From: Eledone cirrhosa
Taxonomy: Eukaryota
Length of the DNA: 64,000 nucleotides
Direction: 5' to 3'
Assembly (NCBI GenBank): GCA_964016885.1
Contig: OZ024758.1
Coordinates: 34,224,001-34,288,000 of the forward strand
In this document: positions 12,701-26,400 of the stretch, in pieces
Layout: each line of letters begins with the position of its first letter
Position numbering within the stretch: the stretch's first letter is position 1
Position numbers and translations under genes: made by a program
The notes under the pieces: generated by a model
The model's input: the letters and a program-made list of their open reading frames with translations, nothing else
Told to the model about the DNA's origin: nothing
Database searches by the model: none

Positions 12701-15700
12701 GCTGTCAGAAGTAACTCCAATGTTGGTGAGAATTCATTTAAGTTCATGGTATTAGCTGTCAGAAGTAACTCCACTGTTGGTGAGAATTCATTTAAGTTCA
12801 TGGTATTAGCTGTCAGAAGTAACTCCACTGTTGGTGAGAATTCATTTAAGTTCATGGTACTAGCTGTCAGAAGTAACTACACTGTTGGTGAGAATTCATT
12901 TAAGTTCATGGTACTAGCTGTCAGAAGTAACTCCACTGTTGGTGAGAATTCATTTAAGTTCATGGTACTAGCTGTCAGAAGTAACTCCACTGTTGGTGAG
13001 AATTCATTTAAGTTCAAGGTATTAGTTTGTCAGAAGTAACTCCACTGTTGGTGAGAATTCATTTAAGTCATGGTATTAGTTGTCAGAAGTAACTCCAATG
13101 TTGGTGAGAATTCATTTAAGTTCATGGTATTAGCTGTCAGAAGTAACTCCACTGTTGGTGAGAATTCATTTAAGTTCATGGTATTAGCTGTCAGAAGGAA
13201 CTCCAATGTTGGTGAGAATTCATTTAAGTCATGGTACTAGCTGTCAGAAGTAACTCCACTGTTGGTGAGAATTCATTTAAGTTCATGTTATTAGCTGTCA
13301 GAAGGAACGCCACTGTTGGTGAGAATTCATTTAAGTTCATGGTATTAGCTGTCAGAAGTAACTCCACTGTTGGTGAGAATTCATTTAAGTCATGGTACTA
13401 GCTGTCAGAAGTAACTCCAATGTTGATGAGAATTCATTTAAGTTCATGGTATTAGCTGTCAGAAGTAACTCCACTGTTGGTGAGAATTCATTTAAGTTCA
13501 TGGTATTAGCTGTCAGAAGTAACTCCACTGTTGGTGAGAATTCATTTAAGTTCATGGTACTAGCTGTCATAAGTAACTCCACTGTTGGTGAGAATTCATT
13601 TAAGTTCATGGTATTAGTTTGTCAGAAGTAACTCCACTGTTGGTGAGAATTCATTTAAGTCATGGTATTAGTTGTCAGAAGTAGCTCCACTGTTGGTGAG
13701 AATTCATTTAAGTTCATGGTATTAGCTGTCAGAAGTAACTCCACTGTTGGTGAGAATTCATTTAAGTCATGGTATTAGCTGTCAGAAGTAACTCCATTGT
13801 TGGTGAGAATTCATTTAAGTCATGGTACTAGCTGTCAGAAGTAACTCCACTGTTGGTGAGAATTCATTTAAGTTCATGGTACTAGCTGTCAGAAGTAACT
13901 CCACTGTTGGTGAGAATTCATTTAAGTTCATGGTACTAGCTGTCAGAAGTAACTCCACTGTTGGTGAGAATTCATTTAAGTTCATGGTACTAGCTGTCAG
14001 AAGTAACTCCACTGTTGGTGAGAATTCATTTAAGTTCATGGTATTAGTTTGTCAGAAGTAACTCCACTGTTGGTGAGAATTCATTTAAGTCATGGTATTA
14101 GTTGTCACAAGTAACTCCAATGTTGGTGAGAATTCATTTAAGTCATGGTACTAGCTGTCAGAAGTAACTCCAATGTTGGTGAGAATTCATTTACGTTCAT
14201 GGTATTAGCTCTCAGAAGTAACTCCACTGTTGGTGAGAATGCATTTAAGTTCATGGTATTAGCTGTCAGAAGTAACTCCACTGTTGGTGAGAATTCATTT
14301 AAGTTCATGGTATTAGCTGTCAGAAGTAACTCCACTGTTGGTGAGAATTCATTTAAGTTCATGGTATTAGCTGTCAGAAGGAACTCCAATGTTGGTGAGA
14401 ATTCATTTAAGTCATGGTACTAGCTGTCAGAAGTAACTCCACTGTTGGTGAGAATTCATTTAAGTTCATGGTATTAGCTGTCAGAAGTAACTCCACTGTT
14501 GGTGAGAATTCATTTAAGTTCATGGTACTAGCTGTCAGAAGTAACTCCACTGTTGGTGAGAATTCATTTAAGTTCGTGGTATTAGCTGTCAGAAGTAACT
14601 CCACTGTTGGTGAGAATTCATTTAAGTTCATGGTATTAGCTGTCAGAAGTAACTCCACTGTTGGTGAGAATTCATTTAAGTTCATGGTATTAGCTGTCAG
14701 AAGTAACTCCACTGTTGGTGAGAATTCATTTAAGTTCATGGTATTAGCTGTCAGAAGGAACTCCAATGTTGGTGAGAATTCATTTAAGTAATGGTACTAG
14801 CTGTCAGAAGTAACTCCACTGTTGGTGAGAATTCATTTAAGTTCATGGAACTAGCTGTCAGAAGTAACTCCAATGTTGGTGAGAATTCATTTAAGTTCAT
14901 GGTATTAGCTGTCAGAAGGAACTCCACTGTTGGTGAGAATTCATTTAAGTTCATGGTATTAGCTGTCAGAAGTAAGTCCACTGTTGGTGAGAATTCATTT
15001 AAGTTCATGGTACTAGTTGTCAGAAGTAACTCCACTGTTGGTAAGAATTCATTTTAGTTCATGGTATTAGTTGTCAGAAGTAACTCCACTGTTGGTGAGA
15101 ATTCATTTAAGTCTTGGTATTAGTTGTCAGAAGTAACTCCAATGCTGGTGAGAATTCATTTAAGTTCATGGTACTAGCTGTCAGAAGTAACTCCACTGTT
15201 GGTGAGAATTCATTTAAGTTCATGGTATTAGCTGTCAGAAGTAACTCCACTGTTGGTGAGAATTCATTTAAGTCATGGTATTAGCTGTCAGAAGTAACTC
15301 CATTGTTGGTGAGAATTCATTTAAGTCATGGTACTAGCTGTCAGAAGTAACTCCAATGTTGATGAGAATTCATTTAAGTTCATGGTATTAGCTGTCAGAA
15401 GTAACTCCACTGTTGGTGAGAATTCATTTAAGTTCATGGTATTAGCTGTCAGAAGTAACTCCACTGTTGGTGAGAACTCATTTAAGTTCATGGTACTAGC
15501 TGTCAGAAGTAACTCCACTGTTGGTGAGAATTCATTTAAGTTCATGGTATTAGTTTGTCAGAAGTAACTCCACTGTTGGTGAGAATTCATTTAAGTCATG
15601 CTATTAGTTGTCAGAAGTAACTCCAATGTTGCTGAGAATTCATTTAAGTTCATGGTATTAGCTGTCAGAAGTAACTCCACTGTTGGTGAGAATTCATTTA

Positions 15701-17960
15701 AGTTCATGGTATTAGCTGTCAGAAGTAACTCCACTGTTGGTGAGAATTCATTTAAGTCATGGTATTAGCTGTCAGAAGTAACTCCATTGTTGGTGAGAAT
15801 TCATTTAAGTCATGGTACTAGCTGTCAGAAGTAACTCTACTGTTGGTGAGAATTCATTTAAGTTCATGGTACTAGCTGTCAGAAGTAACTCCACTGTTGG
15901 TGAGAATTCATTTAAGTTCATGGTACTAGCTGTCAGAAGTAACTCCACTGTTGGTGAGAATTCATTTAAGTTCATGGTACTAGCTGTCAGAAGTAACTCC
16001 ACTGTTGGTGAGAATTCATTTAAGTTCAAGGTATTAGTTTGTCAGAAGTAACTCCACTGTTGGTGAGAATTCATTTATGTCATGGTATTAGTTGTCAGAA
16101 GTAACTCCAATGTTGGTGAGAATTCATTTAATTCATGGTACTAGCTGTCAGAAGTAACTCCAATGTTGGTGAGAATTCATTTACGTTCATGGTATTAGCT
16201 CTCAGAAGTAACTCCACTGTTGGTGAGAATTCATTTAAGTTCATGGTATTAGCTGTCAGAAGTAACTCCACTGTTGGTGAGAATTCATTTAAGTTCATGG
16301 TATTAGCTGTCAGAAGTAACTCCACTGTTGGTGAGAATTCATTTAAGTTCATGGTATTAGCTGTCAGAAGGAACTCCAATGTTGGTGAGAATTCATTTAA
16401 GTCATGGTACTAGCTGTCAGAAGTAACTCCACTGTTGGTGAGAATTCATTTAAGTTCATGTTATTAGCTGTCAGAAGGAACGCCACTGTTGGTGAGAATT
16501 CATTTAAGTTCATGGTATTAGCTGTCAGAAGTAACTCCACTGTTGGTGAGAATTCATTTAAGTCTTGGTATTAGTTGTCAGAAGTAACTCCAATGTTGGT
16601 GAGAATTCATTTAAGTTCATGGTACTAGCTGTCAGAAGTAACTCCACTGTTGGTGAGAATTCATTTAAGTTCATGGTATTAGCTGTCAGAAGTAACTCCA
16701 CTGTTGGTGAGAATTCATTTAAGTCATGGTATTAGCTGTCAGAAGTAACTCCATTGTTGGTGAGAATTCATTTAAGTCATGGTACTAGCTGTCAGAAGTA
16801 ACTCCAATGTTGATGAGAATTCATTTAAGTTCATGGTATTAGCTGTCAGAAGTAACTCCACTGTTGGTGAGAATTCATTTAAGTTCATGGTATTAGCTGT
16901 CAGAAGTAACTCCACTGTTGGTGAGAATTCATTTAAGTTCATGGTACTAGCTGTCAGAAGTAACTCCACTGTTGGTGAGAATTCATTTAAGTTCATGGTA
17001 TTAGTTTGTCAGAAGTAACTCCACTGTTGGTGAGAATTCATTTAAGTCATGGTATTAGTTTTCAGAAGTAACTCCAATGTTGCTGAGAATTCATTTAAGT
17101 TCATGGTATTAGCTGTCAGAAGTAACTCCACTGTTGGTGAGAATTCATTTAAGTTCATGGTATTAGCTGTCAGAAGTAACTCCACTGTTGGTGAGAATTC
17201 ATTTAAGTCATGGTATTAGCTGTCAGAAGTAACTCCATTGTTGGTGAGAATTCATTTAAGTCATGGTATTAGTTGTCAGAAGTAACCCCAATGTTGGTGA
17301 GAATTCATTTAAGTCATGGTACTAGCTGTCAGAAGTAACTCCAATGTTGGTGAGCATTCATTTAAGTTCATGGTATTAGCTGTCAGAAGTAACTCCACTG
17401 TTGGTGAGAATTCATTTAAGTTCATGGTATTAGCTGTCAGAAGTAACTCCACTGTTGGTGAGAATTCATTTAAGTTCACGGTACTAGCTGTCAGAAGTAA
17501 CTCCACTGTTGGTGAGAATTCATTTAAGTTCATGGTATTAGCTGTCAGAAGTAACTCCAATGTTGGTGAGAATTCATTTAAGTTCATGGTATTAGCTGTC
17601 AGAAGTAACTCCACTGTTGGTGAGAATTCATTTAAGTTCATGGTATTAGCTGTCAGAAGTAACTCCACTGTTGGTGAGAATTCATTTAAGTTCATGGTAC
17701 TAGCTGTCAGAAGTAACTACACTGTTGGTGAGAATTCATTTAAGTTCATGGTACTAGCTGTCAGAAGTAACTCCACTGTTGGTGAGAATTCATTTAAGTT
17801 CATGGTACTAGCTGTCAGAAGTAACTCCACTGTTGGTGAGAATTCATTTAAGTTCAAGGTATTAGTTTGTCAGAAGTAACTCCACTGTTGGTGAGAATTC
17901 ATTTAAGTCATGGTATTAGTTGTCAGAAGTAACTCCAATGTTGGTGAGAATTCATTTAAG
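8280..17960. repeat. Tandem duplication of a 90-monomer unit (4840 bp x2), near-identical
   Basis: Offset 4840 for ten consecutive ORF pairs, from 8552/13392 to 12476/17316. Shared rare variants AAGTAATGG, ATGGAACTA, GAGAACTCA, TTTATGTC, GAGCATTCA, TTCACGG and AACTACACT. One difference noticed: C10998 vs T15838. Confidence 0.92.
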
Positions 17961-20900
17961 TCATGGTACTAGCTGTCAGAAGTAACTCCAATGTTGGTGA
18001 GAATTCATTTACGTTCATGGTATTAGCTCTCAGAAGTAACTCCACTGTTGGTGAGAATTCATTTAGGTTCATGGTATTAGCTGTCAGAAGTAACTCCACT
18101 GTTGGTGAGAATTCATTTAAGTTCATGGTATTAGCTGTCAGAAGTAACTCCACTGTTGGTGAGAATTCATTTAAGTTCATGGTATTAGCTGTCAGAAGGA
18201 ACTCCAATGTTGGTGAGAATTCATTTAAGTCATGGTACTAGCTGTCAGAAGTAACTCCACTGTTGGTGAGAATTCATTTAAGTTCATGTTATTAGCTGTC
18301 AGAAGGAACGCCACTGTTGGTGAGAATTCATTTAAGTTCATGGTATTAGCTGTCAGAAGTAACTCCACTGTTGGTGAGAATTCATTTAAGTCATGGTACT
18401 AGCTGTCAGAAGTAACTCCAATGTTGATGAGAATTCATTTAAGTTCATGGTATTAGCTGTCAGAAGTATCTCCACTGTTGGTGAGAATTCATTTAAGTTC
18501 ATGGTATTAGCTGTCAGAAGTAACTCCACTGTTGGTGAGAATTCATTTAAGTTCATGGTACTAGCTGTCATAAGTAACTCCACTGTTGGTGAGAATTCAT
18601 TTAAGTTCATGGTATTAGTTTGTCAGAAGTAACTCCACTGTTGGTGAGAATTCATTTAAGTCATGGTATTAGTTGTCAGAAGTAACTCCAATGTTGCTGA
18701 GAATTCATTTAAATTCATGGTATTAGCTGTCAGAAGTAGCTCCACTGTTGGTGAGAATTCATTTAAGTTCATGGTATTAGCTGTCAGAAGTAACTCCACT
18801 GTTGGTGAGAATTCATTTAAGTCATGGTATTAGCTGTCAGAAGTAACTCCATTGTTGGTGAGAATTCATTTAAGTCATGGTACTAGCTATCAGAAGTAAC
18901 TCCACTGTTGGTGAGAATTCATTTAAGTTCATGGTACTAGCTGTCAGAAGTAACTCCACTGTTGGTGAGAATTCATTTAAGTTCATGGTACTAGCTGTCA
19001 GAAGTAACTCCACTGTTGGTGAGAATTCATTTAAGTTCATGGTACTAGCTGTCAGAAGTAACTCCACTGTTGGTGAGAATTCATTTAAGTTCATGGTATT
19101 AGTTTGTCAGAAGTAACTCCACTGTTGGTGAGAATTCATTTAAGTCATGGTATTAGTTGTCACAAGTAACTCCAATGTTGGTGAGAATTCATTTAAGTCA
19201 TGGTACTAGCTGTCAGAAGTAACTCCAATGTTGGTGAGAATTCATTTACGTTCATGGTATTAGCTCTCAGAAGTAACTCCACTGTTGGTGAGAATGCATT
19301 TAAGTTCATGGTATTAGCTGTCAGAAGTAACTCCACTGTTGGTGAGAATTCATTTAAGTTCATGGTATTAGTTTGTCAGAAGTAACTCCACTGTTGGTGA
19401 GAATTCATTTAAGTTCATGGTATTAGCTGTCAGAAGTAACTCCACTGTTGGTGAGAATTCATTTAAGTTCATGGTATTAGCTGTCAGAAGGAACTCCAAT
19501 GTTGGTGAGAATTCATTTAAGTAATGGTACTAGCTGTCAGAAGTAACTCCACTGTTGGTGAGAATTCATTTAAGTTCATGGAACTAGCTGTCAGAAGTAA
19601 CTCCAATGTTGGTGGAATTCATTTAAGTTCATGGTATTAGCTGTCAGAAGGAACTCCACTGTTGGTGAGAATTCATTTAAGTTCATGGTATTAGCTGTCA
19701 GAAGTAAGTCCACTGTTGGTGAGAATTCATTTAAGTTCATGGTACTAGTTGTCAGAAGTAACTCCACTGTTGGTAAGAATTCATTTTAGTTCATGGTATT
19801 AGTTGTCAGAAGTAACTCCACTGTTGGTGAGAATTCATTTAAGTCTTGGTATTAGTTGTCAGAAGTAACTCCAATGCTGGTGAGAATTCATTTAAGTTCA
19901 TGGTACTAGCTGTCAGAAGTAACTCCACTGTTGGTGAGAATTCATTTAAGTTCATGGTATTAGCTGTCAGAAGTAACTCCACTGTTGGTGAGAATTCATT
20001 TAAGTCATGGTATTAGCTGTCAGAAGTAACTCCATTGTTGGTGAGAATTCATTTAAGTCATGGTACTAGCTGTCAGAAGTAACTCCAATGTTGATGAGAA
20101 TTCATTTAAGTTCATGGTATTAGCTGTCAGAAGTAACTCCACTGTTGGTGAGAATTCATTTAAGTTCATGGTATTAGCTGTCAGAAGTAACTCCACTGTT
20201 GGTGAGAACTCATTTAAGTTCATGGTACTAGCTGTCAGAAGTAACTCCACTGTTGGTGAGAATTCATTTAAGTTCATGGTATTAGTTTGTCAGAAGTAAC
20301 TCCACTGTTGGTGAGAATTCATTTAAGTCATGCTATTAGTTGTCAGAAGTAACTCCAATGTTGCTGAGAATTCATTTAAGTTCATGGTATTAGCTGTCAG
20401 AAGTAACTCCACTGTTGGTGAGAATTCATTTAAGTTCATGGTATTAGCTGTCAGAAGTAACTCCACTGTTGGTGAGAATTCATTTAAGTCATGGTATTAG
20501 CTGTCAGAAGTAACTCCATTGTTGGTGAGAATTCATTTAAGTCATGGTACTAGCTGTCAGAAGTAACTCCACTGTTGGTGAGAATTCATTTAAGTTCATG
20601 GTACTAGCTGTCAGAAGTAACTCCACTGTTGGTGAGAATTCATTTAAGTTCATGGTACTAGCTGTCAGAAGTAACTCCACTGTTGGTGAGAATTCATTTA
20701 AGTTCATGGTACTAGCTGTCAGAAGTAACTCCACTGTTGGTGAGAATTCATTTAAGTTCAAGGTATTAGTTTGTCAGAAGTAACTCCACTGTTGGTGAGA
20801 ATTCATTTAAGTCATGGTATTAGTTGTCAGAAGTAACTCCAATGTTGGTGAGAATTCATTTAATTCATGGTACTAGCTGTCAGAAGTAACTCCAATGTTG

Positions 20901-21779
20901 GTGAGAATTCATTTACGTTCATGGTATTAGCTCTCAGAAGTAACTCCACTGTTGGTGAGAATTCATTTAAGTTCATGGTATTAGCTGTCAGAAGTAACTC
21001 CACTGTTGGTGAGAATTCATTTAAGTTCATGGTATTAGCTGTCAGAAGTAACTCCACTGTTGGTGAGAATTCATTTAAGTTCATGGTATTAGCTGTCAGA
21101 AGGAACTCCAATGTTGGTGAGAATTCATTTAAGTCATGGTACTAGCTGTCAGAAGTAACTCCACTGTTGGTGAGAATTCATTTAAGTTCATGTTATTAGC
21201 TGTCAGAAGGAACGCCACTGTTGGTGAGAATTCATTTAAGTTCATGGTATTAGCTGTCAGAAGTAACTCCACTGTTGGTGAGAATTCATTTAAGTCTTGG
21301 TATTAGTTGTCAGAAGTAACTCCACTGTTGGTGAGAATTCATTTAAGTCATGGTACTAGCTGTCAGAAGTAACTCCAATGTTGATGAGAATTCATTTAAG
21401 TTCATGGTATTAGCTGTCAGAAGTAACTCCACTGTTGGTGAGAATTCATTTAAGTTCATGGTATTAGCTGTCAGAAGTAACTCCACTGTTGGTGAGAATT
21501 CATTTAAGTTCATGGTACTAGCTGTCAGAAGTAACTCCAATGTTGGTGAGCATTCATTTAAGTTCATGGTATTAGCTGTCAGAAGTAACTCCACTGTTGG
21601 TGAGAATTCATTTAAGTTCATGGTATTAGCTGTCAGAAGTAACTCCACTGTTGGTGAGAATTCATTTAAGTTCATGGTATTAGCTGTCAGAAGTAACTCC
21701 ACTGTTCGTGAGAATTCATTTAAGTTCATGGTATTAGCTGTCAGAAGGAACTCCAATGTTGGTGAGATTCATTTAAGTC

Positions 21780-23400
21780 ATGGTACTAGCTGTCAGAAGT
21801 AACTCCACTGTTGGTGAGAATTCATTTAAGTTCATGGTATTAGCTGTCAGAAGGAACGCCACTGTTGGTGAGAATTCATTTAAGTTCATGGTATTAGCTG
21901 TCAGAAGTAACTCCACTGTTGGTGAGAATTCATTTAAGTTCATGGTACTAGCTGTCAGAAGTAACTCCACTGTTGGTGAGAATTCATTTAAGTTCATGGT
22001 ATTAGCTGTCAGAAGTAACTCCACTGTTGGTGAGAATTCATTTAAGTTCATGGTACTAGCTGTCAGAAGTAACTCCACTGTTGGTGAGAATTCATTTAAG
22101 TTCATGGTACTAGCTGTCAGAAGTAACTCCACTGTTGGTGAGAATTCATTTAAGTTCATGGTACTAGCTGTCAGAAGTAACTCCAATGTTGGTGAGAATT
22201 CATTTAAGTTCATGGTATTAGCTGTCAGAAGTAACTCCACTGTTGGTGAGAATTTATTTAAGTTCATGGTACTAGCTGTCAGAAGTAACTCCACTGTTGG
22301 TGAGAATTCATTTAAGTTCATGGTATTAGCTGTCAGAAGTCACTCCAATGTTGGTGAGAATTCATTTAAGTTCGTGGTATTAGCTGTCAGAAGTAACTCC
22401 ACTGTTGGTGAGAATTCATTTAAGTTCATGGTATTAGCTGTCAGAAGTAACTCCACTGTTGGTGAGAATTCATTTAAGTTCATGGTATTAGCTGTCAGAA
22501 GTAACTCCACTGTTGGTGAGAATTCATTTAAGTTCATGGTATTAGCTGTCAGAAGGAACTCCAATGTTGGTGAGAATTCATTTAAGTCATGGTACTAGCT
22601 GTCAGAAGTAACTCCACTGTTGGTGAGAATTCATTTAAGTTCATGTTATTAGCTGTCAGAAGGAACGCCACTGTTGGTGAGAATTCATTTAAGTTCATGG
22701 TATTAGCTGTCAGAAGTAACTCCACTGTTGGTGAGAATTCATTTAAGTCTTGGTATTAGTTGTCAGAAGTAACTCCAATGTTGGTGAGAATTCATTTAAG
22801 TTCATGGTACTAGCTGTCAGAAGTAACTCCACTGTTGGTGAGAATTCATTTAAGTTCATGGTATTAGCTGTCAGAAGTAACTCCACTGTTGGTGAGAATT
22901 CATTTAAGTCATGGAATTAGTTGTCAGAAGTAACTCCATTGTTGGTGAGAATTCATTTAAGTTCATGGTATTAGCTGTCAGAAGTAACTCCACTGTTGGT
23001 GAGAATTCATTTAAGTTCATGGTATTAGCTGTCAGAAGTAACTCCACTGTTGGTGAGAATTCATTTAAGTTCATGGTACTAGCTGTCAGAAGTAACTCCA
23101 ATGTTGGTGAGAATTCATTTAAGTCATGGTACTAGCTGTCAGAAGTAACTCCACTGTTGGTGAGAATTCATTTAAGTTCATGGTACTAGCTGTCAGAAGT
23201 AACTCCAATGTTGGTGAGAATTCATTTAAGTTCATGGTATTAGCTGTCAGAAGGAACTCCACTGTTGGTGAGAATTCATTTAAGTTCATGGTACTAGTTG
23301 TCAGAAGTAACTCCACTGTTGGTAAGAATTCATTTTAGTTCATGGTATTAGTTGTCAGAAGTAACTCCACTGTTGGTGAGAATTCATTTAAGTCTTGGTA
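21780..23400. repeat. ~30-monomer block with a non-adjacent paralogous copy at ~27903-29520 (offset 6123)
   Basis: ORF pairs 21780/27903, 22911/29034 and 23126/29249 all lie at offset 6123. Shared variants GAGAATTTATTT and ATGGAATTAGTTGTC. Confidence 0.85.
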
Positions 23401-26400
23401 TTAGTTGTCAGAAGTAAGTCCAATGTTGGTGAGAATTCATTTAAGTTCATGGTACTAGCTGTCAGAAGTAACTCCACTGTTGGTGAGAATTCATTTAAGT
23501 TCATGGTATTAGCTGTCAGAAGTAACTCCACTGTTGGTGAGAATTCATTTAAGTTCATGGTATTAGTTTGTCAGAAGTAACTCCACTGTTGGTGAGAATT
23601 CATTTAAGTCATGGTATTAGTTGTCACAAGTAACTCCAATGTTGGTGAGAATTCATTTAAGTCATGGTACTAGCTGTCAGAAGTAACTCCAATGTTGGTG
23701 AGAATTCATTTACGTTCATGGTATTAGCTCTCAGAAGTAACTCCACTGTTGGTGAGAATGCATTTAAGTTCATGGTATTAGCTGTCAGAAGTAACTCCAC
23801 TGTTGGTGAGAATTCATTTAAGTTCATGGTATTAGCTGTCAGAAGTAACTCCACTGTTGGTGAGAATTCATTTAAGTTCATGGTATTAGCTGTCAGAAGG
23901 AACTCCAATGTTGGTGAGAATTCATTTAAGTCATGGTACTAGCTGTCAGAAGTAACTCCACTGTTGGTGAGAATTCATTTAAGTTCATGGTATTAGCTGT
24001 CAGAAGTAACTCCACTGTTGGTGAGAATTCATTTAAGTTCATGGTACTAGCTGTCAGAAGTAACTCCACTGTTGGTGAGAATTCATTTAAGTTCATGGTA
24101 CTAGCTGTCAGAAGTAACTCCACTGTTGGTGAGAATTCATTTAAGTTCATGGTACTAGCTGTCAGAAGTAACTCCAATGTTGTTGAGAATTCATTTAAGT
24201 TCATGGTATTAGCTGTCAGAAGTAACTCCACTGTTGGTGAGAATTCATTTAAGTTCATGGTACTAGCTGTCAGAAGTAACTCCACTGTTGGTGAGAATTC
24301 ATTTAAGTTCATGGTATTAGCTGTCAGAAGTCACTCCAATGTTGGTGAGAATTCATTTAAGTTCGTGGTATTAGCTGTCAGAAGTAACTCCACTGTTGGT
24401 GAGAATTCATTTAAGTTCATGGTATTAGCTGTCAGAAGTAACTCCACTGTTGGTGAGAATTCATTTAAGTTCATGGTATTAGCTGTCAGAAGTAACTCCA
24501 CTGTTGGTGAGAATTCATTTAAGTTCATGGTATTAGCTGTCAGAAGGAACTCCAATGTTGGTGAGAATTCATTTAAGTCATGGTACTAGCTGTCAGAAGT
24601 AACTCCACTGTTGGTGAGAATTCATTTAAGTTCATGGTACTAGCTGTCAGAAGTAACTCCAATGTTGGTGAGAATTCATTTAAGTTCATGGTATTAGCTG
24701 TCAGAAGGAACTCCACTGTTAGTGAGAATTCATTTAAGTTCATGGTATTAGCTGTCAGAAGTAAGTCCACTGTTGGTGAGAATTCATTTAAGTTCATGGT
24801 ACTAGTTGTCAGAAGTAACTCCACTGTTGGTAAGAATTCATTTTAGTTCATGGTATTAGTTGTCAGAAGTAACTCCACTGTTGGTGAGAATTCATTTAAG
24901 TCTTGGTATTAGTTGTCAGAAGTAACTCCAATGCTGGTGAGAATTCATTTAAGTTCATGGTACTAGCTGTCAGAAGTAACTCCACTGTTGGTGAGAATTC
25001 ATTTAAGTTCATGGTATTAGCTGTCAGAAGTAACTCCACTGTTGGTGAGAATTCATTTAAGTCATGGTATTAGCTGTCAGAAGTAACTCCATTGTTGGTG
25101 AGAATTCATTTAAGTCATGGTACTAGCTGTCAGAAGTAACTCCAATGTTGATGAGAATTCATTTAAGTTCATGGTATTAGCTGTCAGAAGTAACTCCACT
25201 GTTGGTGAGAATTCATTTAAGTTCATGGTATTAGCTGTCAGAAGTAACTCCACTGTTGGTGAGAATTCATTTAAGTTCATGGTACTAGCTGTCAGAAGTA
25301 ACTCCACTGTTGGTGAGAATTCATTTAAGTTCATGGTATTAGTTTGTCAGAAGTAACTCCACTGTTGGTGAGAATTCATTTAAGTCATGATATTAGTTGT
25401 CAGAAGTAACTCCAATGTTGCTGAGAATTCATTTAAGTTCATGGTATTAGCTGTCAGAAGTAACTCCACTGTTGGTGAGAATTCATTTAAGTTCATGGTA
25501 TTAGCTGTCAGAAGTAACTCCACTGTTGGTGAGAATTCATTTAAGTCATGGTATTAGCTGTCAGAAGTAACTCCATTGTTGGTGAGAATTCATTTAAGTC
25601 ATGGTACTAGCTGTCAGAAGTAACTCCACTGTTGGTGAGAATTCATTTAAGTTCATGGTACTAGCTGTCAGAAGTAACTCCACTGTTGGTGAGAATTCAT
25701 TTAAGTTCATGGTACTAGCTGTCAGAAGTAACTCCACTGTTGGTGAGAATTCATTTAAGTTCATGGTACTAGCTGTCAGAAGTAACTCCACTGTTGGTGA
25801 GAATTCATTTAAGTTCAAGGTATTAGTTTGTCAGAAGTAACTCCACTGTTGGTGAGAATTCATTTAAGTCATGGTATTAGTTGTCAGAAGTAACTCCAAT
25901 GTTGGTGAGAATTCATTTAAGTCATGGTACTAGCTGTCAGAAGTAACTCCAATGTTGGTGAGAATTCATTTACGTTCATGGTATTAGCTCTCAGAAGTAA
26001 CTCCACTGTTGGTGAGAATTCATTTAAGTTCATGGTATTAGCTGTCAGAAGTAACTCCACTGTTGGTGAGAATTCATTTAAGTTCATGGTATTAGCTGTC
26101 AGAAGTAACTCCACTGTTGGTGAGAATTCATTTAAGTTCATGGTATTAGCTGTCAGAAGGAACTCCAATGTTGGTGAGAATTCATTTAAGTCATGGTACT
26201 AGCTGTCAGAAGTAACTCCACTGTTGGTGAGAATTCATTTAAGTTCATGTTATTAGCTGTCAGAAGGAACGCCACTGTTGGTGAGAATTCATTTAAGTTC
26301 ATGGTATTAGCTGTCAGAAGTAACTCCACTGTTGGTGAGAATTCATTTAAGTCTTGGTATTAGTTGTCAGAAGTAACTCCAATGTTGGTGAGAATTCATT

